Source: Gammaproteobacteria bacterium
GTDB lineage: Bacteria; Pseudomonadota; Gammaproteobacteria; JAURND01
Length of the DNA stretch: 24,000 bases
Direction: 5' to 3'
Assembly: GCA_029266595.1 (NCBI GenBank)
Contig: JAQSWO010000020.1
Coordinates: 1 to 24,000 of the forward strand
Shown here in pieces: positions 9,171-18,099 of this stretch. Within the stretch, counting starts at the first letter, position 1. The number at the start of each line of letters is the position of its first letter. The position numbers and the translations under genes are program-made. The notes below the pieces were generated by a model that did not search any database, was not told the DNA's origin, and was given only the letters and a program-made list of their open reading frames with translations.

Positions 9171-9450
9171 GAAAAAGCTCTCTTATTAAAAAGTGCTGAC
9201 TTTTAGGAAGCACCAAGGCTGTCGATGTACCAGAAGTAATCGTCTACCCCTTGCCACAAGATCGGCAAGAGGTGACTGTTTCTACTAGGGACTGACCTGT
9301 TACAAATATTATGGGTTCTATATCATCAGCAAACCTTCGATCGCACCAATGCGACCGCAGAGCCTACATGGATGTACTCGCAGCGTGCTTGCCTTGATAT
9401 AAATCCATAAGATTTATAATGATAGAGCTTACCTTGCCCTCTCCCCACCT

Positions 9451-9480
9451 TGCATTCCCACGGAGGACCCTGAGAACGAG
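9451..9480. repeat. Decayed REP-like palindromic element, copy A
   Basis: tgcattcccacggaggaccctgagaacgag shares the frame GCATT..TTCCCAC-N-GA.C.T..GAACGAG with 11594..11629. Both copies lie in convergent intergenic spacers. Confidence 0.4.
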
Positions 9481-9510
9481 AAATCAGATATTACCAACAC
9501 TGAACAAGCC

Positions 9511-10536
9511 CTAATCCCAGCTCAATATCACCTTACCTGCTTCACCCTTACGCATCACCTCAAAGCCCTTCTCAAAATCATCTACATGGAAACGGTGGGT
9601 TATCACAGGACTGATATCCAAGCCACTACGCAGCATGCTGGCCATTTTATACCACGTCTCATACATCTCTCTGCCATAAATTCCCTTCAGCACCAACCCT
9701 TTAAAAATCACCCGGCTCCAATCAACAGCCACGCGCTCAGGCGGAATACCCAGCAATGCAACCTTCCCACCATTACTCATCACGCTCAGCAAATCATTCA
9801 ATGCTTGACCATTGCCGGACATCTCCATACCGACATCAAACCCTTCTTTCATGCCAAGCTGTGACATAACATCTCGCAATGAAGTCTTGCTAACATCTAC
9901 CGCAAGCGTCACACCCATCTTCTCAGCTAGCGCCAAGCGATAAGGATTAATATCGGAAATCACTACAAAGCGCGCACCTGCATGCTTCGCAATAGCTGCA
10001 GCCATGATCCCAATCGGCCCCGCGCCGGTGATTAACACATCTTCACCCAGTACATTAAATGAAAGCGCCGTATGCGTCGCATTGCCCATTGGATCTAAGC
10101 AAGCAGCAACATCATCCGAAATATAATCCGGCAATAAAAACACATTAGAAGCCGGGAAGGCCAAATATTCAGCAAAAGCACCCGTACAGTCATACCCTAT
10201 CCCTCGTGTGTTAGGACATAGATGACGCGAGCCTGCTCGACATTGACGACAATATCCACAGACCAGATGCCCTTCTCCAGAAACTCTATCCCCTATTTTC
10301 AAATGCTTAACTTCACAGCCTACATCAGCAATTTCACCTACAAATTCGTGACCAATGATCAGCGGAACAGGTACCGTTGCCTGAGCCCAAGCATCCCAAT
10401 TATAGATATGCACATCTGTACCACAGATGGCTGTTTTTTTAATCTTGATGAGTACTTCGTTGTGGCCAATTTCGGGAATAGGTGCATCGACCATCCAAAC
10501 GCCAACTTCTGCTTTTTGTTTGCTGATTGTTTTCAA
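9511..10536 (-). CDS. tdh: L-threonine 3-dehydrogenase (341 aa, TTG start at 10536)
   Basis: From the TTG, (M)[47 protein letters not shown] aligns residue for residue with E. coli Tdh [48 protein letters not shown], and the length is the same 341 aa. The 401-aa version in the ORF track reads through the tRNA gene and is an artefact. Confidence 0.9.
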   Translation of the reverse strand: MKTISKQKAEVGVWMVDAPIPEIGHNEVLIKIKKTAICGTDVHIYNWDAWAQATVPVPLIIGHEFVGEIADVGCEVKHLKIGDRVSGEGHLVCGYCRQCRAGSRHLCPNTRGIGYDCTGAFAEYLAFPASNVFLLPDYISDDVAACLDPMGNATHTALSFNVLGEDVLITGAGPIGIMAAAIAKHAGARFVVISDINPYRLALAEKMGVTLAVDVSKTSLRDVMSQLGMKEGFDVGMEMSGNGQALNDLLSVMSNGGKVALLGIPPERVAVDWSRVIFKGLVLKGIYGREMYETWYKMASMLRSGLDISPVITHRFHVDDFEKGFEVMRKGEAGKVILSWD

Positions 10537-10571
10537 GAGCGGCTCACTGAAAGAGATAGAATTGAAAAAAA

Positions 10572-10660
10572 TGGAGGAGAGGGTGGGATTCGAACCCACG
10601 TGGGCTTGCGCCCCATCCGATTTCGAGTCGGTGCCGTTATGGCCACTTCGGTACCCCTCC
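10572..10660 (-). tRNA. tRNA-Ser (anticodon CGA), 89 nt with encoded CCA
   Basis: I folded the cloverleaf by hand. The acceptor is GGAGGGG/CCTCTCC (one G-U), with U8 A9. The D arm is CCG-AAGTGGCCATAA-CGG. The anticodon arm is ACCGA-CTCGAAA-TCGGA. A 16-nt variable arm (TGGGGCGCAAGCCCAC) marks a class II tRNA. The T arm is GTGGG-TTCGAAT-CCCAC, followed by T-CCA. Confidence 0.9.
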
Positions 10661-10675
10661 CTTAAAAGGTCCCAA

Positions 10676-10704
10676 AATATACGGAATTTATAGAACCTTG
10701 ACAA
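10676..10704 (-). promoter_or_regulatory. Putative sigma-70 promoter of tRNA-Ser (and possibly tdh)
   Basis: The minus strand reads TTGTCA-N17-TATATT, followed by a GC-containing discriminator (TTGGGACC). The tRNA 5' end lies 15 nt after the -10. Confidence 0.45.
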
Positions 10705-10873
10705 TATGGGTCGCACTCATACTATCAAAAATGTTAAATTTCCATGCCACATTCAAGACTTAGAATTTGTGACAACTCGCTAGGCCGAGGGAATATGGTT
10801 AACCCAAATCCAAAGCGGCTCATTACACCTAGCATAATAGTAATTATAAAAGGCCTCCAAGGAACTTTTATTC

Positions 10874-11503
10874 ATGGAAGTACCCAACATCATACAAAAA
10901 CCTATCTGTTTTAACTCTATCCGTATCGATCTTACCCGGCGCTACATGCTGGACCACTATGGAATGGCCTCATCTGATATTAATATTAATCCCAGTATGA
11001 TTGTATTGCATTGGACAAACATCCCAACGCTGGAAGCCAGTTTTGATTGTTTATACCCACCTTTACTCTCCAACAGGCCAGAGCTTGAATCACAAGTCAT
11101 GGCGCTAAATGTATCCGCACATTTTCTAGTGGACAGAGATGGCAGTATCTACCAACTCATGCCGATCAACTGGATGGGCAGGCACGTTATAGGACTGAAT
11201 CACGCAGCGATAGGCGTAGAGAATGTTGCTGAAGCGGGCTTTATGGAAAAGCATGCATGCTCACTGACAGATAAGCAAGTTGACGCAAACATCGCGTTAG
11301 TCAGATATGTATGTGAGAAACTGAAAACCATCACCTACTTAATTGGACACCATGAATATCATCTTTTCCGTGGCTCTCATCTCTGGCTTGAAAAAAATCC
11401 ACACTACTTCACAGAAAAACAAGATCCTGGAGATGCATTTATGGAAGCCGTTCGCATGAAAACCAAAGACCTGAGTTTAGCAAGGCTGCCTCTTCCAAAA
11501 TAA
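10874..11503 (+). CDS. N-acetylmuramoyl-L-alanine amidase, amidase_2 (AmpD/PGRP-type) family (209 aa)
   Basis: The motifs are typical of amidase_2: IVLHWT, SAHFLVDRDGSIYQLMP, GRHVIGLNHAAIGVENV, a QVDA...LV block, LIGHHEY and DPG. An AAGGAA Shine-Dalgarno lies upstream. Confidence 0.75.
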   Translation: MEVPNIIQKPICFNSIRIDLTRRYMLDHYGMASSDININPSMIVLHWTNIPTLEASFDCLYPPLLSNRPELESQVMALNVSAHFLVDRDGSIYQLMPINWMGRHVIGLNHAAIGVENVAEAGFMEKHACSLTDKQVDANIALVRYVCEKLKTITYLIGHHEYHLFRGSHLWLEKNPHYFTEKQDPGDAFMEAVRMKTKDLSLARLPLPK

Positions 11504-11593
11504 TAGGTCAGCCTCTACCAAAACTGACACAAATGGCCAGATTTTAGATGAAGGCAGAACAACTGCTATATAGCTCTACACCCCAGCTCTTTA

Positions 11594-11629
11594 TGCATTT
11601 CCATTCCCACACAAGAGCGTAGGAACGAG
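11594..11629. repeat. Decayed REP-like palindromic element, copy B
   Basis: The sequence tgcatttccattcccacacaagagcgtaggaacgag lies in the amidase/orn convergent spacer. See copy A at 9451..9480. Confidence 0.4.
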
Positions 11630-11682
11630 TAGAAAGGTCTATCATAACCCTAGGCGCCAAGGCTACATGAAAATTGCCCAAT

Positions 11683-12234
11683 CTATCCAAACTCCCTAAT
11701 AAAATTCTCCTTATAATGTCGCAACTCCGCAATCGAATCATGGATATCTTGAAGCGCCATATGCTGTGATTCTCTCTTAGTTGTAGAGAGAATTTCCGGA
11801 GCCCAATGGTAAGCAAGAATCTTAACTGTGCTTACATCCAAATTTCGATAATGAAAGTATTGTTCCAGTTTAGGCATCCAACGATAGAGAAACCGGCGGT
11901 CTTGGCAAATACTACTACCACACATGGGAGATTTTCCAGGAGGGGTATAACGCATGAGAAACTCTATCATCTCAGCCTGCGCCTCTTCATTTGTGATGGT
12001 GCTATTCTTGACACGCTCAATTAAACCAGACTTTCCATGCTGCTTAGTATTCCATTCATCCATGGCATCTAACACGCTATCAGGTTGATGAATAGCAAAT
12101 ACAGGGGATTCCGCCAACACTTCCAATTGTGGATTTGTGATCACTGCAGCCATTTCAATAATACGGTCTTGGTCAGGATTAAGACCTGTCATTTCAAGAT
12201 CAATCCAAATGAGGTTGTTTCGGTGAGGGTTCAT
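11683..12234 (-). CDS. orn: Oligoribonuclease Orn (183 aa from the ATG at 12234)
   Basis: [33 protein letters not shown]...MP.LE.YFHYR.LDVST.K.LA..W.PEI and H.A..DI..S..EL..Y are collinear with E. coli Orn (181 aa). An AGGAAA Shine-Dalgarno lies 7 nt before 12234. The ORF-track start at 12339 adds 35 non-homologous residues. Confidence 0.9.
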   Translation of the reverse strand: MNPHRNNLIWIDLEMTGLNPDQDRIIEMAAVITNPQLEVLAESPVFAIHQPDSVLDAMDEWNTKQHGKSGLIERVKNSTITNEEAQAEMIEFLMRYTPPGKSPMCGSSICQDRRFLYRWMPKLEQYFHYRNLDVSTVKILAYHWAPEILSTTKRESQHMALQDIHDSIAELRHYKENFIREFG

Positions 12235-12568
12235 GCAGTTTTCCTGTTTTGTAAGGGGGATAATAACAGCGGGTTTAAAACGCTGTAAAAGCGATACCCC
12301 TTCAAGAGTATATTTTTGCAAGAACCTGGGTTCCAACAACGATAACCATGTATTTTCACATTTGCAAGGTAACTACTTTATTCACCAGGACCCTATCTAT
12401 GGGTTTTGAGTAAAAAGAAAGCCCTGGTTTTAAAAGGCGTATTATAGTTGCAAATAGAAGCCTGTAAACAAAACATCAGCACAGGTCGACAAAGTTATAT
12501 TTTGCATTTAACTAAAGAATAATTATGATGAAAAAATCAATACCGTATTAATAATTTTTAAAAGCCTG

Positions 12569-15500
12569 TTAACTACGCGTCAATTCATACACCACTTTAA
12601 CTTCCTTAAAAATCGCACCTAATGACGACAACAAAGCCTCACTCGGCACGACTCTCCACATATCTCCCAATGCCACCGTAGCCTTTGCATCAGATCGATG
12701 GTAGGAGATCAACACAGGACACTGTCCACCCAGAAATGGTTGAAGTATCTCTTTAAGCTGATCAACAAAGGCTTTATCAACTTTAGACTGTTCAACTGTA
12801 ACTAGAATATGATTTGCGTACTTCTCCCTGGCAGCAGTAAGTTGATATAGCTGATTCGCAAGAAGCTTGTTCCCTTCCGTAAAATCATCTACAACCACTT
12901 CTCCCTCCACTACCAGCAGTTGGTCCTTCACTAATAACTCACGGCAGGTTTCGTATAACCTGGGAAAAACCGTTAAATCAATACGCGACATTCTATCCTC
13001 TAAGGTTAGAAGCGCCATTTGTCCACCTGTTTTGGTACGCATGATTTTTAGTGCCGTAACATAACCAGCTGTCGTAATACTCTTTCCTTTTTCTGGTCTG
13101 AGCGTGGTAATAGGCGCGGTAATAAAAGCAGCAAGCTCTGCTTCATATCGCATGATAGGATGCCCGGAAACATACCAACCTAATGTTTCTTTCTCCCCCA
13201 ATAGGCGTTCTTCATCGGGCCACTTAGGTGCGTCAACGTAGTTAATGGCATGATCGAAAAATTCATCTCCAAAGCATCCACCGAATAAATCATCTTGTTT
13301 GACTGCCTGTGTTTTTACATGTTGGTCAGCTGTTTGAAGCGCCGCATCAATTGAAGCAAACAGTACAGCCCTATCCTTACCAAAACCGTCCAGAGTTCCA
13401 GAACGAATCAATGCATCTAATACTTTTCGGTTAATCTTGCGAGTTTCAACACTCGCACACAGCGTAAATAAATCTTTGAAAACGCCCTTTTCCTTCCTTG
13501 CCGCCAAGATACCATCCACTACCGCCTGACCAACACCCTTAATGGCACCTAGACCGTAAATGATATCGCCCGCATCACTCACAGTAAATTTGTACTCACT
13601 TATATTGATGTCAGGTGGGCGAACCACTATTCCTAGTTTCTGGATGTCATCGATAAAGCGAACCACTTTATCCGTGTTATCCATGTCTGACGATAAAACC
13701 GCTGCCATAAACTCAGCAGGGTAATGCGCTTTGAGCCAAGCTGTTTGATATGCCAACAAAGCATAAGCTGCTGAGTGCGACTTGTTAAAACCGTAGTCCG
13801 CAAACTTTTCCATAATGTCGAAAATTTCTGTCGCTGTTTTTTCATCCACTCCATTGGCTTTGGCACCTTTGGTAAAAATCTCCCGCTGCTTAGCCATTTC
13901 TTCAGGCTTTTTCTTACCCATAGCACGACGCAAAATATCTGCACCACCTAGCGTATAACCCGCCAACACTTGTGCAATCTGCATCACCTGATCTTGATAG
14001 ACGATAACGCCATAAGATGGTCTAAGAATAGATTCTAGAGAGGGATGCGGATAGGAAACCTTAGCCAAACCATGTTTACGATTAACAAAATCGTCCGCCA
14101 TGCCCGATTGTAGTGGACCAGGTCTATACAAGGCCACCAAGGACATGACATCATCAAAACAATCAGGCTGCAGCCTATGGATCAGCTCTTTAATACCTCT
14201 AGATTCTAATTGAAATACGGCTGTGGTTTGGCAGGATTTTAAAAGATTAAATACTTTTTCGTCATTTAGCGGGAGCTTATCTAAGAAAATCGGCGATTCA
14301 CGATTTTTTTCTCGGCGGGCATTAATGGCTTGTAATGCCCAATCCATGATGGTTAGTGTCCGCAATCCTAAAAAGTCGAACTTCACCAAACCCACTGCTT
14401 CTATATCATCTTTATCGAATTGTGTGACCCTATGCTCACCCCCCTCTTCGCAAAAAAGCGGCGTAAAATCGGTTAACACAGATGGCGCGATAACAACACC
14501 GCCAGCGTGCTTACCCGCATTACGTGGCACACCTTCTAGTTTCATCGCTAAATCTATGAGGGTTTTTACATCTTCTTCAGCGTCATACCGCTGTTGTAAC
14601 TGTGGCTCAATATTCAGCGCTTTAGATAAGGTTATACCTAATTCAAATGGAATGAGTTTGGCGATTTTGTCGACAAAACCGTAAGGATAACCCAAGGTCC
14701 GCCCCACGTCTCGGACCACTGCTTTAGCTGCCATAGTGCCATAAGTGATGATTTGCGCGACGCTATCTCTACCGTATTTGTCCGCAACATATTCAATGAC
14801 ACGATCACGACCCTCCATACAAAAGTCGATATCAAAGTCAGCGACAGAAACACGTTCTGGATTGAGAAATCGCTCAAAGAGGAGATCATAATAGAGGGAG
14901 TCTACGTCAGTGATTTCCAATGCATACGCAACTAATGAACCCGCACCTGACCCTCTTCCTGGTCCCACAAAAATCTTGTGCCGCTTAGCCCAACGTATAA
15001 AATCTGCGACAATCAAAAAATATCCAGGAAATCCCATCTTTTGAATCACACTGATTTCTTGTTGCAAGCGCTCATCATAGGGTTTTCGTTTTTCTGCAAA
15101 GTCTGGCGCATTAACATCAAAGATTGCGGCTAATCTCTTCTCTAAACCTTGCTCCGCATCTTGTTTGAAATATTCATCTACACTAATCCCTTCAGGTACC
15201 GGAAAATTCGGTAGATAATTCTGGCCTAAATTCAAGGTTAAAGTACAACGCTTAGCAATCTCTACTGTATTGGCTAGCGCGCTAGGAATATCAGCGAATA
15301 ACTCAAGCATTTCTGCTTCGGTACGGAGATATTGCTCTTCACTATAACGCTTCACTCGACGACTATCATCTAGCACCCACCCGTCATGAATACATACCCG
15401 TGCCTCGTGCGCTTCAAAATCTTCTCGATTTAAAAACCTCACGTCATTGGTTGCAACCACAGGAATGCCTTTGTCTACAGCTAACTTTACGGCCTGTTGA

Positions 15501-16045
15501 ATATATTGGTTTTCCTGCGGACGACCTGTTCGTTGTAACTCTATGTAAAACCGATCTGGGAAAAGCGTTTGCCATTCCACTAATAAAGCTTCTGCTAAAC
15601 TTTGTTGTTCGGCCAATAGCGCTATACCGATCTCTCCTTCCCTCCCTCCGGAAAGTGCAATCAAACCGTCCGTTGCGCCTACAAGCCAAGACTTATTGAT
15701 CAATGGCACGCCCGCATACTGCCCTTCTAAATAAGCTTTTGAGATCAAACGCGTTAGATTTTTGTAGCCCACATCATTTTGACAGAGTAATACGACCCTG
15801 GAGGTTTTCTGTTTATCATCCTCTTTATGGATCAGTAACTCCGCACCAATAATAGGCTTGACGCCCGCAGCGAGCGCTGCACGATAGAATTTCACCATGG
15901 CAAATAAATTGCATTGATCGGTGATAGCAATAGCAGGCATACGATTGGCTTGCATCGCGCGCACCAATGGCTTGATGCCAACAATGCCATCGACAAGGGA
16001 GTATTCGCTATGGAGGTGGAGGTGTACGAAGCGTGGTATGGACAT
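12569..16045 (-). CDS. dnaE: DNA polymerase III alpha subunit DnaE (1158 aa from the ATG at 16045)
   Basis: MSIPRFVHLHLHSEYS parallels E. coli MSEPRFVHLRVHSDYS. The PHP domain, FLNPERVS..DFD.DFC catalytic aspartates, GKHAGGVVIA, LVKFDFLGLRTLT, GFNKSHSAAYAL and the C-terminal OB region are all present and collinear. The ORF-track start at 16051 is a TTG two codons upstream. Confidence 0.97.
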   Translation of the reverse strand: MSIPRFVHLHLHSEYSLVDGIVGIKPLVRAMQANRMPAIAITDQCNLFAMVKFYRAALAAGVKPIIGAELLIHKEDDKQKTSRVVLLCQNDVGYKNLTRLISKAYLEGQYAGVPLINKSWLVGATDGLIALSGGREGEIGIALLAEQQSLAEALLVEWQTLFPDRFYIELQRTGRPQENQYIQQAVKLAVDKGIPVVATNDVRFLNREDFEAHEARVCIHDGWVLDDSRRVKRYSEEQYLRTEAEMLELFADIPSALANTVEIAKRCTLTLNLGQNYLPNFPVPEGISVDEYFKQDAEQGLEKRLAAIFDVNAPDFAEKRKPYDERLQQEISVIQKMGFPGYFLIVADFIRWAKRHKIFVGPGRGSGAGSLVAYALEITDVDSLYYDLLFERFLNPERVSVADFDIDFCMEGRDRVIEYVADKYGRDSVAQIITYGTMAAKAVVRDVGRTLGYPYGFVDKIAKLIPFELGITLSKALNIEPQLQQRYDAEEDVKTLIDLAMKLEGVPRNAGKHAGGVVIAPSVLTDFTPLFCEEGGEHRVTQFDKDDIEAVGLVKFDFLGLRTLTIMDWALQAINARREKNRESPIFLDKLPLNDEKVFNLLKSCQTTAVFQLESRGIKELIHRLQPDCFDDVMSLVALYRPGPLQSGMADDFVNRKHGLAKVSYPHPSLESILRPSYGVIVYQDQVMQIAQVLAGYTLGGADILRRAMGKKKPEEMAKQREIFTKGAKANGVDEKTATEIFDIMEKFADYGFNKSHSAAYALLAYQTAWLKAHYPAEFMAAVLSSDMDNTDKVVRFIDDIQKLGIVVRPPDINISEYKFTVSDAGDIIYGLGAIKGVGQAVVDGILAARKEKGVFKDLFTLCASVETRKINRKVLDALIRSGTLDGFGKDRAVLFASIDAALQTADQHVKTQAVKQDDLFGGCFGDEFFDHAINYVDAPKWPDEERLLGEKETLGWYVSGHPIMRYEAELAAFITAPITTLRPEKGKSITTAGYVTALKIMRTKTGGQMALLTLEDRMSRIDLTVFPRLYETCRELLVKDQLLVVEGEVVVDDFTEGNKLLANQLYQLTAAREKYANHILVTVEQSKVDKAFVDQLKEILQPFLGGQCPVLISYHRSDAKATVALGDMWRVVPSEALLSSLGAIFKEVKVVYELTRS

Positions 16046-16211
16046 ATACAACTTTAAGAAATTGAGAACAAGGCGCGAATAATAGCAGAAAGCCTAAGAG
16101 CCTGTCTAAAATCTTACTATGCTAGATATTTGTGCGTGTTTTCTAATTCAGCCCACCAGATTTTAAACAGGCTCTAAGAAAGTACATATAACGAGGGAAT
16201 TATCTAACAGG

Positions 16212-16265
16212 GACAAAATTGCCTTGTATTTTGTCTTACCTGAAGACAAAATTGCCCCGTATTTT
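16212..16265. repeat. Two tandem operator-like palindromic units (GACAAAAT-N8-ATTTTGTC), 33 bp apart
   Basis: Unit 1 is gacaaaattgccttgtattttgtc (16212..16235). Unit 2 is gacaaaattgccccgtattttatt (16245..). The junction forms a perfect 10-bp inverted repeat, ATTTTGTCTT-acctg-AAGACAAAAT (16228..16252). Confidence 0.6.
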
Positions 16266-16422
16266 ATTCTTCGCCTCTAAAGGCCTCCTCACTATGGACT
16301 TTAATAGAACAGAATTAGACAATTTAAAAACATGGGCAACCTCAAAAAAGCATAAACCCATCATCATTATATGGATAAATGAATTTTAAGATAAAAATCT
16401 GCTTATCCCTAATTCACGTTAA

Positions 16423-17010
16423 TTAAATATCCTTTTCCAGCACCTGTCTTACAGGCGCAAAAGAGCGTCTATGCTGAGGACAAGGTCCTAGCTTATTAAG
16501 TGCGACCATATGCTTCTCTGTCCCATATCCCTTATGCTGCGCAAAACCATAACCGGGATAAAGCATGTCTAGAGCCAACATTTCGCGGTCACGCAGCACT
16601 TTAGCTAAGATAGATGCTGCACTAATGGCAGGTATTTTCTGGTCGCCCTTTATAATCGCTTCAACACTATGCGGAAGGCCAGGGCAATGCTTACCATCTA
16701 TCAATACACGATTGGGTTGCAGCGGCAATGCCAATACTGCCCTTTGCATAGCGAGGAGACTGGCCTGAAAAATATTGATACGATCAATTTCTTCCACCTC
16801 GGCACGTCCTACGGCCCAAGCCAACACACTAGACTGAATTAGAGGAAACAAGGCCTCACGTTTCTTTTCCGAAAGCACCTTAGAATCTGCCAGCCCATCA
16901 ATAGGAGACGCTGGATTAAGTATGACTGCAGCAGCCAAAACTGGACCTGCAAGAGGCCCTCTTCCTACTTCGTCTACACCAGCAACCAGTAATTCCGTTG
17001 GTTTGAACAT
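16423..17010 (-). CDS. rnhB: Ribonuclease HII (195 aa from the ATG at 17010)
   Basis: [57 protein letters not shown] and HRRSF.PV are collinear with E. coli RnhB. An AAGGA Shine-Dalgarno lies 9 nt upstream of 17010. Confidence 0.92.
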   Translation of the reverse strand: MFKPTELLVAGVDEVGRGPLAGPVLAAAVILNPASPIDGLADSKVLSEKKREALFPLIQSSVLAWAVGRAEVEEIDRINIFQASLLAMQRAVLALPLQPNRVLIDGKHCPGLPHSVEAIIKGDQKIPAISAASILAKVLRDREMLALDMLYPGYGFAQHKGYGTEKHMVALNKLGPCPQHRRSFAPVRQVLEKDI

Positions 17011-17133
17011 AGCAATGTCCTTAAAGAGGAGATGACATGCTAGGCTGTCATCTTGACGACTAATTGATTCCACCCACAAAAAATGAGACCATCCCGGCTC
17101 TTTTATTCAAGATATTAAGGTAACTGAAGTCCC

Positions 17134-18099
17134 ATGAGAAAGAAAATCAAATGTGGCGTTGTGGGCGTTGGGTATTTGGGTCAATTTCACGCTGAAAAAT
17201 ACGCTAACCTACCCAATGCTGATTTAATCAGCGTTTGTGACATTGATGCAGAACGTGTCAAAGAAATCGCAAGCAAATATAACACTAGCAGTACCACAGA
17301 CTACCATGCACTAGTAGGGGCCGTAGATGCTGTCAGTATTGCCACCCCAACACAGTTCCACCACAAGATTGCCAAATTCTTTCTTGAAAATAATATCCAC
17401 GTTCTTCTAGAAAAACCCATTACCTCCACGGTTAAAGAAGCTGATGAGCTCATCACTCTGGCTGAAAAAAACGGGCTTATCCTGCAAGTGGGCCATTTGG
17501 AAAGATTCAACACCGTTGTCAACGCATTAGAAAAATATCTAGACAAACCCCGCTTCATCGAATGCATCCGTTTAGCGCCATTCAAGCCCAGAGGAATCGA
17601 TGTTAACGTCGTTCTAGACTTAATGATTCATGACATAGACCTCATCCAATATATCGTCGGCTCTCCTATCAAAAGCTTACAAGCCACTGGTGCGCGTGTA
17701 CTATCTGATGGTATTGATCTCGCAAATGCGCACATCCACTTTGAAAATCACTGCGTAGCTAATGTCACAGCAAGTCGCGTCAGCTTAAAGCAAGAAAGAA
17801 AAATTCGCGTGTTTCAACAGGAAGCGCACATCGCCATTGATCTTCAACATAAACAACTTTCAGTGAATCGCAAAGGCTCTAACGAAATGTTCCCCGGCAT
17901 ACCTGAAATCATCAGAGAAGAACAAGCTTTTGACAAAGGCGACGCCCTAAAAGATGAGATTATCTCCTTCCTAGACGCTATCACACATAACCGACCTCCT
18001 GTCGTTTCTGGCCATGACGGTAAAATGGCATTAGCGACTGCCATTGAGATTACGAATATCGTGCATAAGCAAATGAGCCTCTTCCAAACACATGCTTAA
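17134..18099 (+). CDS. Gfo/Idh/MocA-family NAD(P)-dependent oxidoreductase (321 aa), translationally coupled to lpxB
   Basis: The N-terminal Rossmann motif is KCGVVGVGYLGQFHAEKY, with the EKP motif (LLEKPI) and a C-terminal alpha/beta domain typical of the family. Its stop overlaps the lpxB ATG (ATGCTTAA). Confidence 0.8.
   Translation: MRKKIKCGVVGVGYLGQFHAEKYANLPNADLISVCDIDAERVKEIASKYNTSSTTDYHALVGAVDAVSIATPTQFHHKIAKFFLENNIHVLLEKPITSTVKEADELITLAEKNGLILQVGHLERFNTVVNALEKYLDKPRFIECIRLAPFKPRGIDVNVVLDLMIHDIDLIQYIVGSPIKSLQATGARVLSDGIDLANAHIHFENHCVANVTASRVSLKQERKIRVFQQEAHIAIDLQHKQLSVNRKGSNEMFPGIPEIIREEQAFDKGDALKDEIISFLDAITHNRPPVVSGHDGKMALATAIEITNIVHKQMSLFQTHA

Noticed and set aside
9205-9219. AGGAAGCACCAAGGC resembles the conserved 3' strand of SRP (4.5S) RNA domain IV (GGAAGCAGCCAAGGC).
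   Set aside because: The matching 5' strand (..CAGGTCAGGTCC-GGAA tetraloop) is absent and the local sequence does not fold into the SRP hairpin. The similarity is probably chance.
9511-10536. tdh without the usual adjacent partner kbl (2-amino-3-ketobutyrate CoA ligase).
   Set aside because: kbl may simply be encoded elsewhere in the genome, which cannot be evaluated from one window.
10572-10660. The tRNA-Ser gene as an integration site for a genomic island.
   Set aside because: There is no integrase, no duplicated tRNA 3' end elsewhere in the window, and the flanking genes (tdh, amidase) look chromosomal.
9511-10716. A 401-aa version of the tdh ORF in the supplied track.
   Set aside because: The extra 60 N-terminal codons read straight through the tRNA-Ser gene (10572..10660) and its promoter. 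Homology to Tdh starts exactly at the TTG at 10536, which gives the canonical 341 aa.
11544-11816. A 90-aa minus-strand ORF spanning the orn 3' end and the spacer.
   Set aside because: It overlaps orn out of frame, and most of the rest is a translation of REP-like copy B.
12867-15699. Several 60-150-aa ORFs on both strands inside dnaE. Similar ORFs lie inside tdh, rnhB, the oxidoreductase, lpxB, the ATPase gene and aas.
   Set aside because: All are nested within or antisense to strongly supported full-length genes and lack start-site context.
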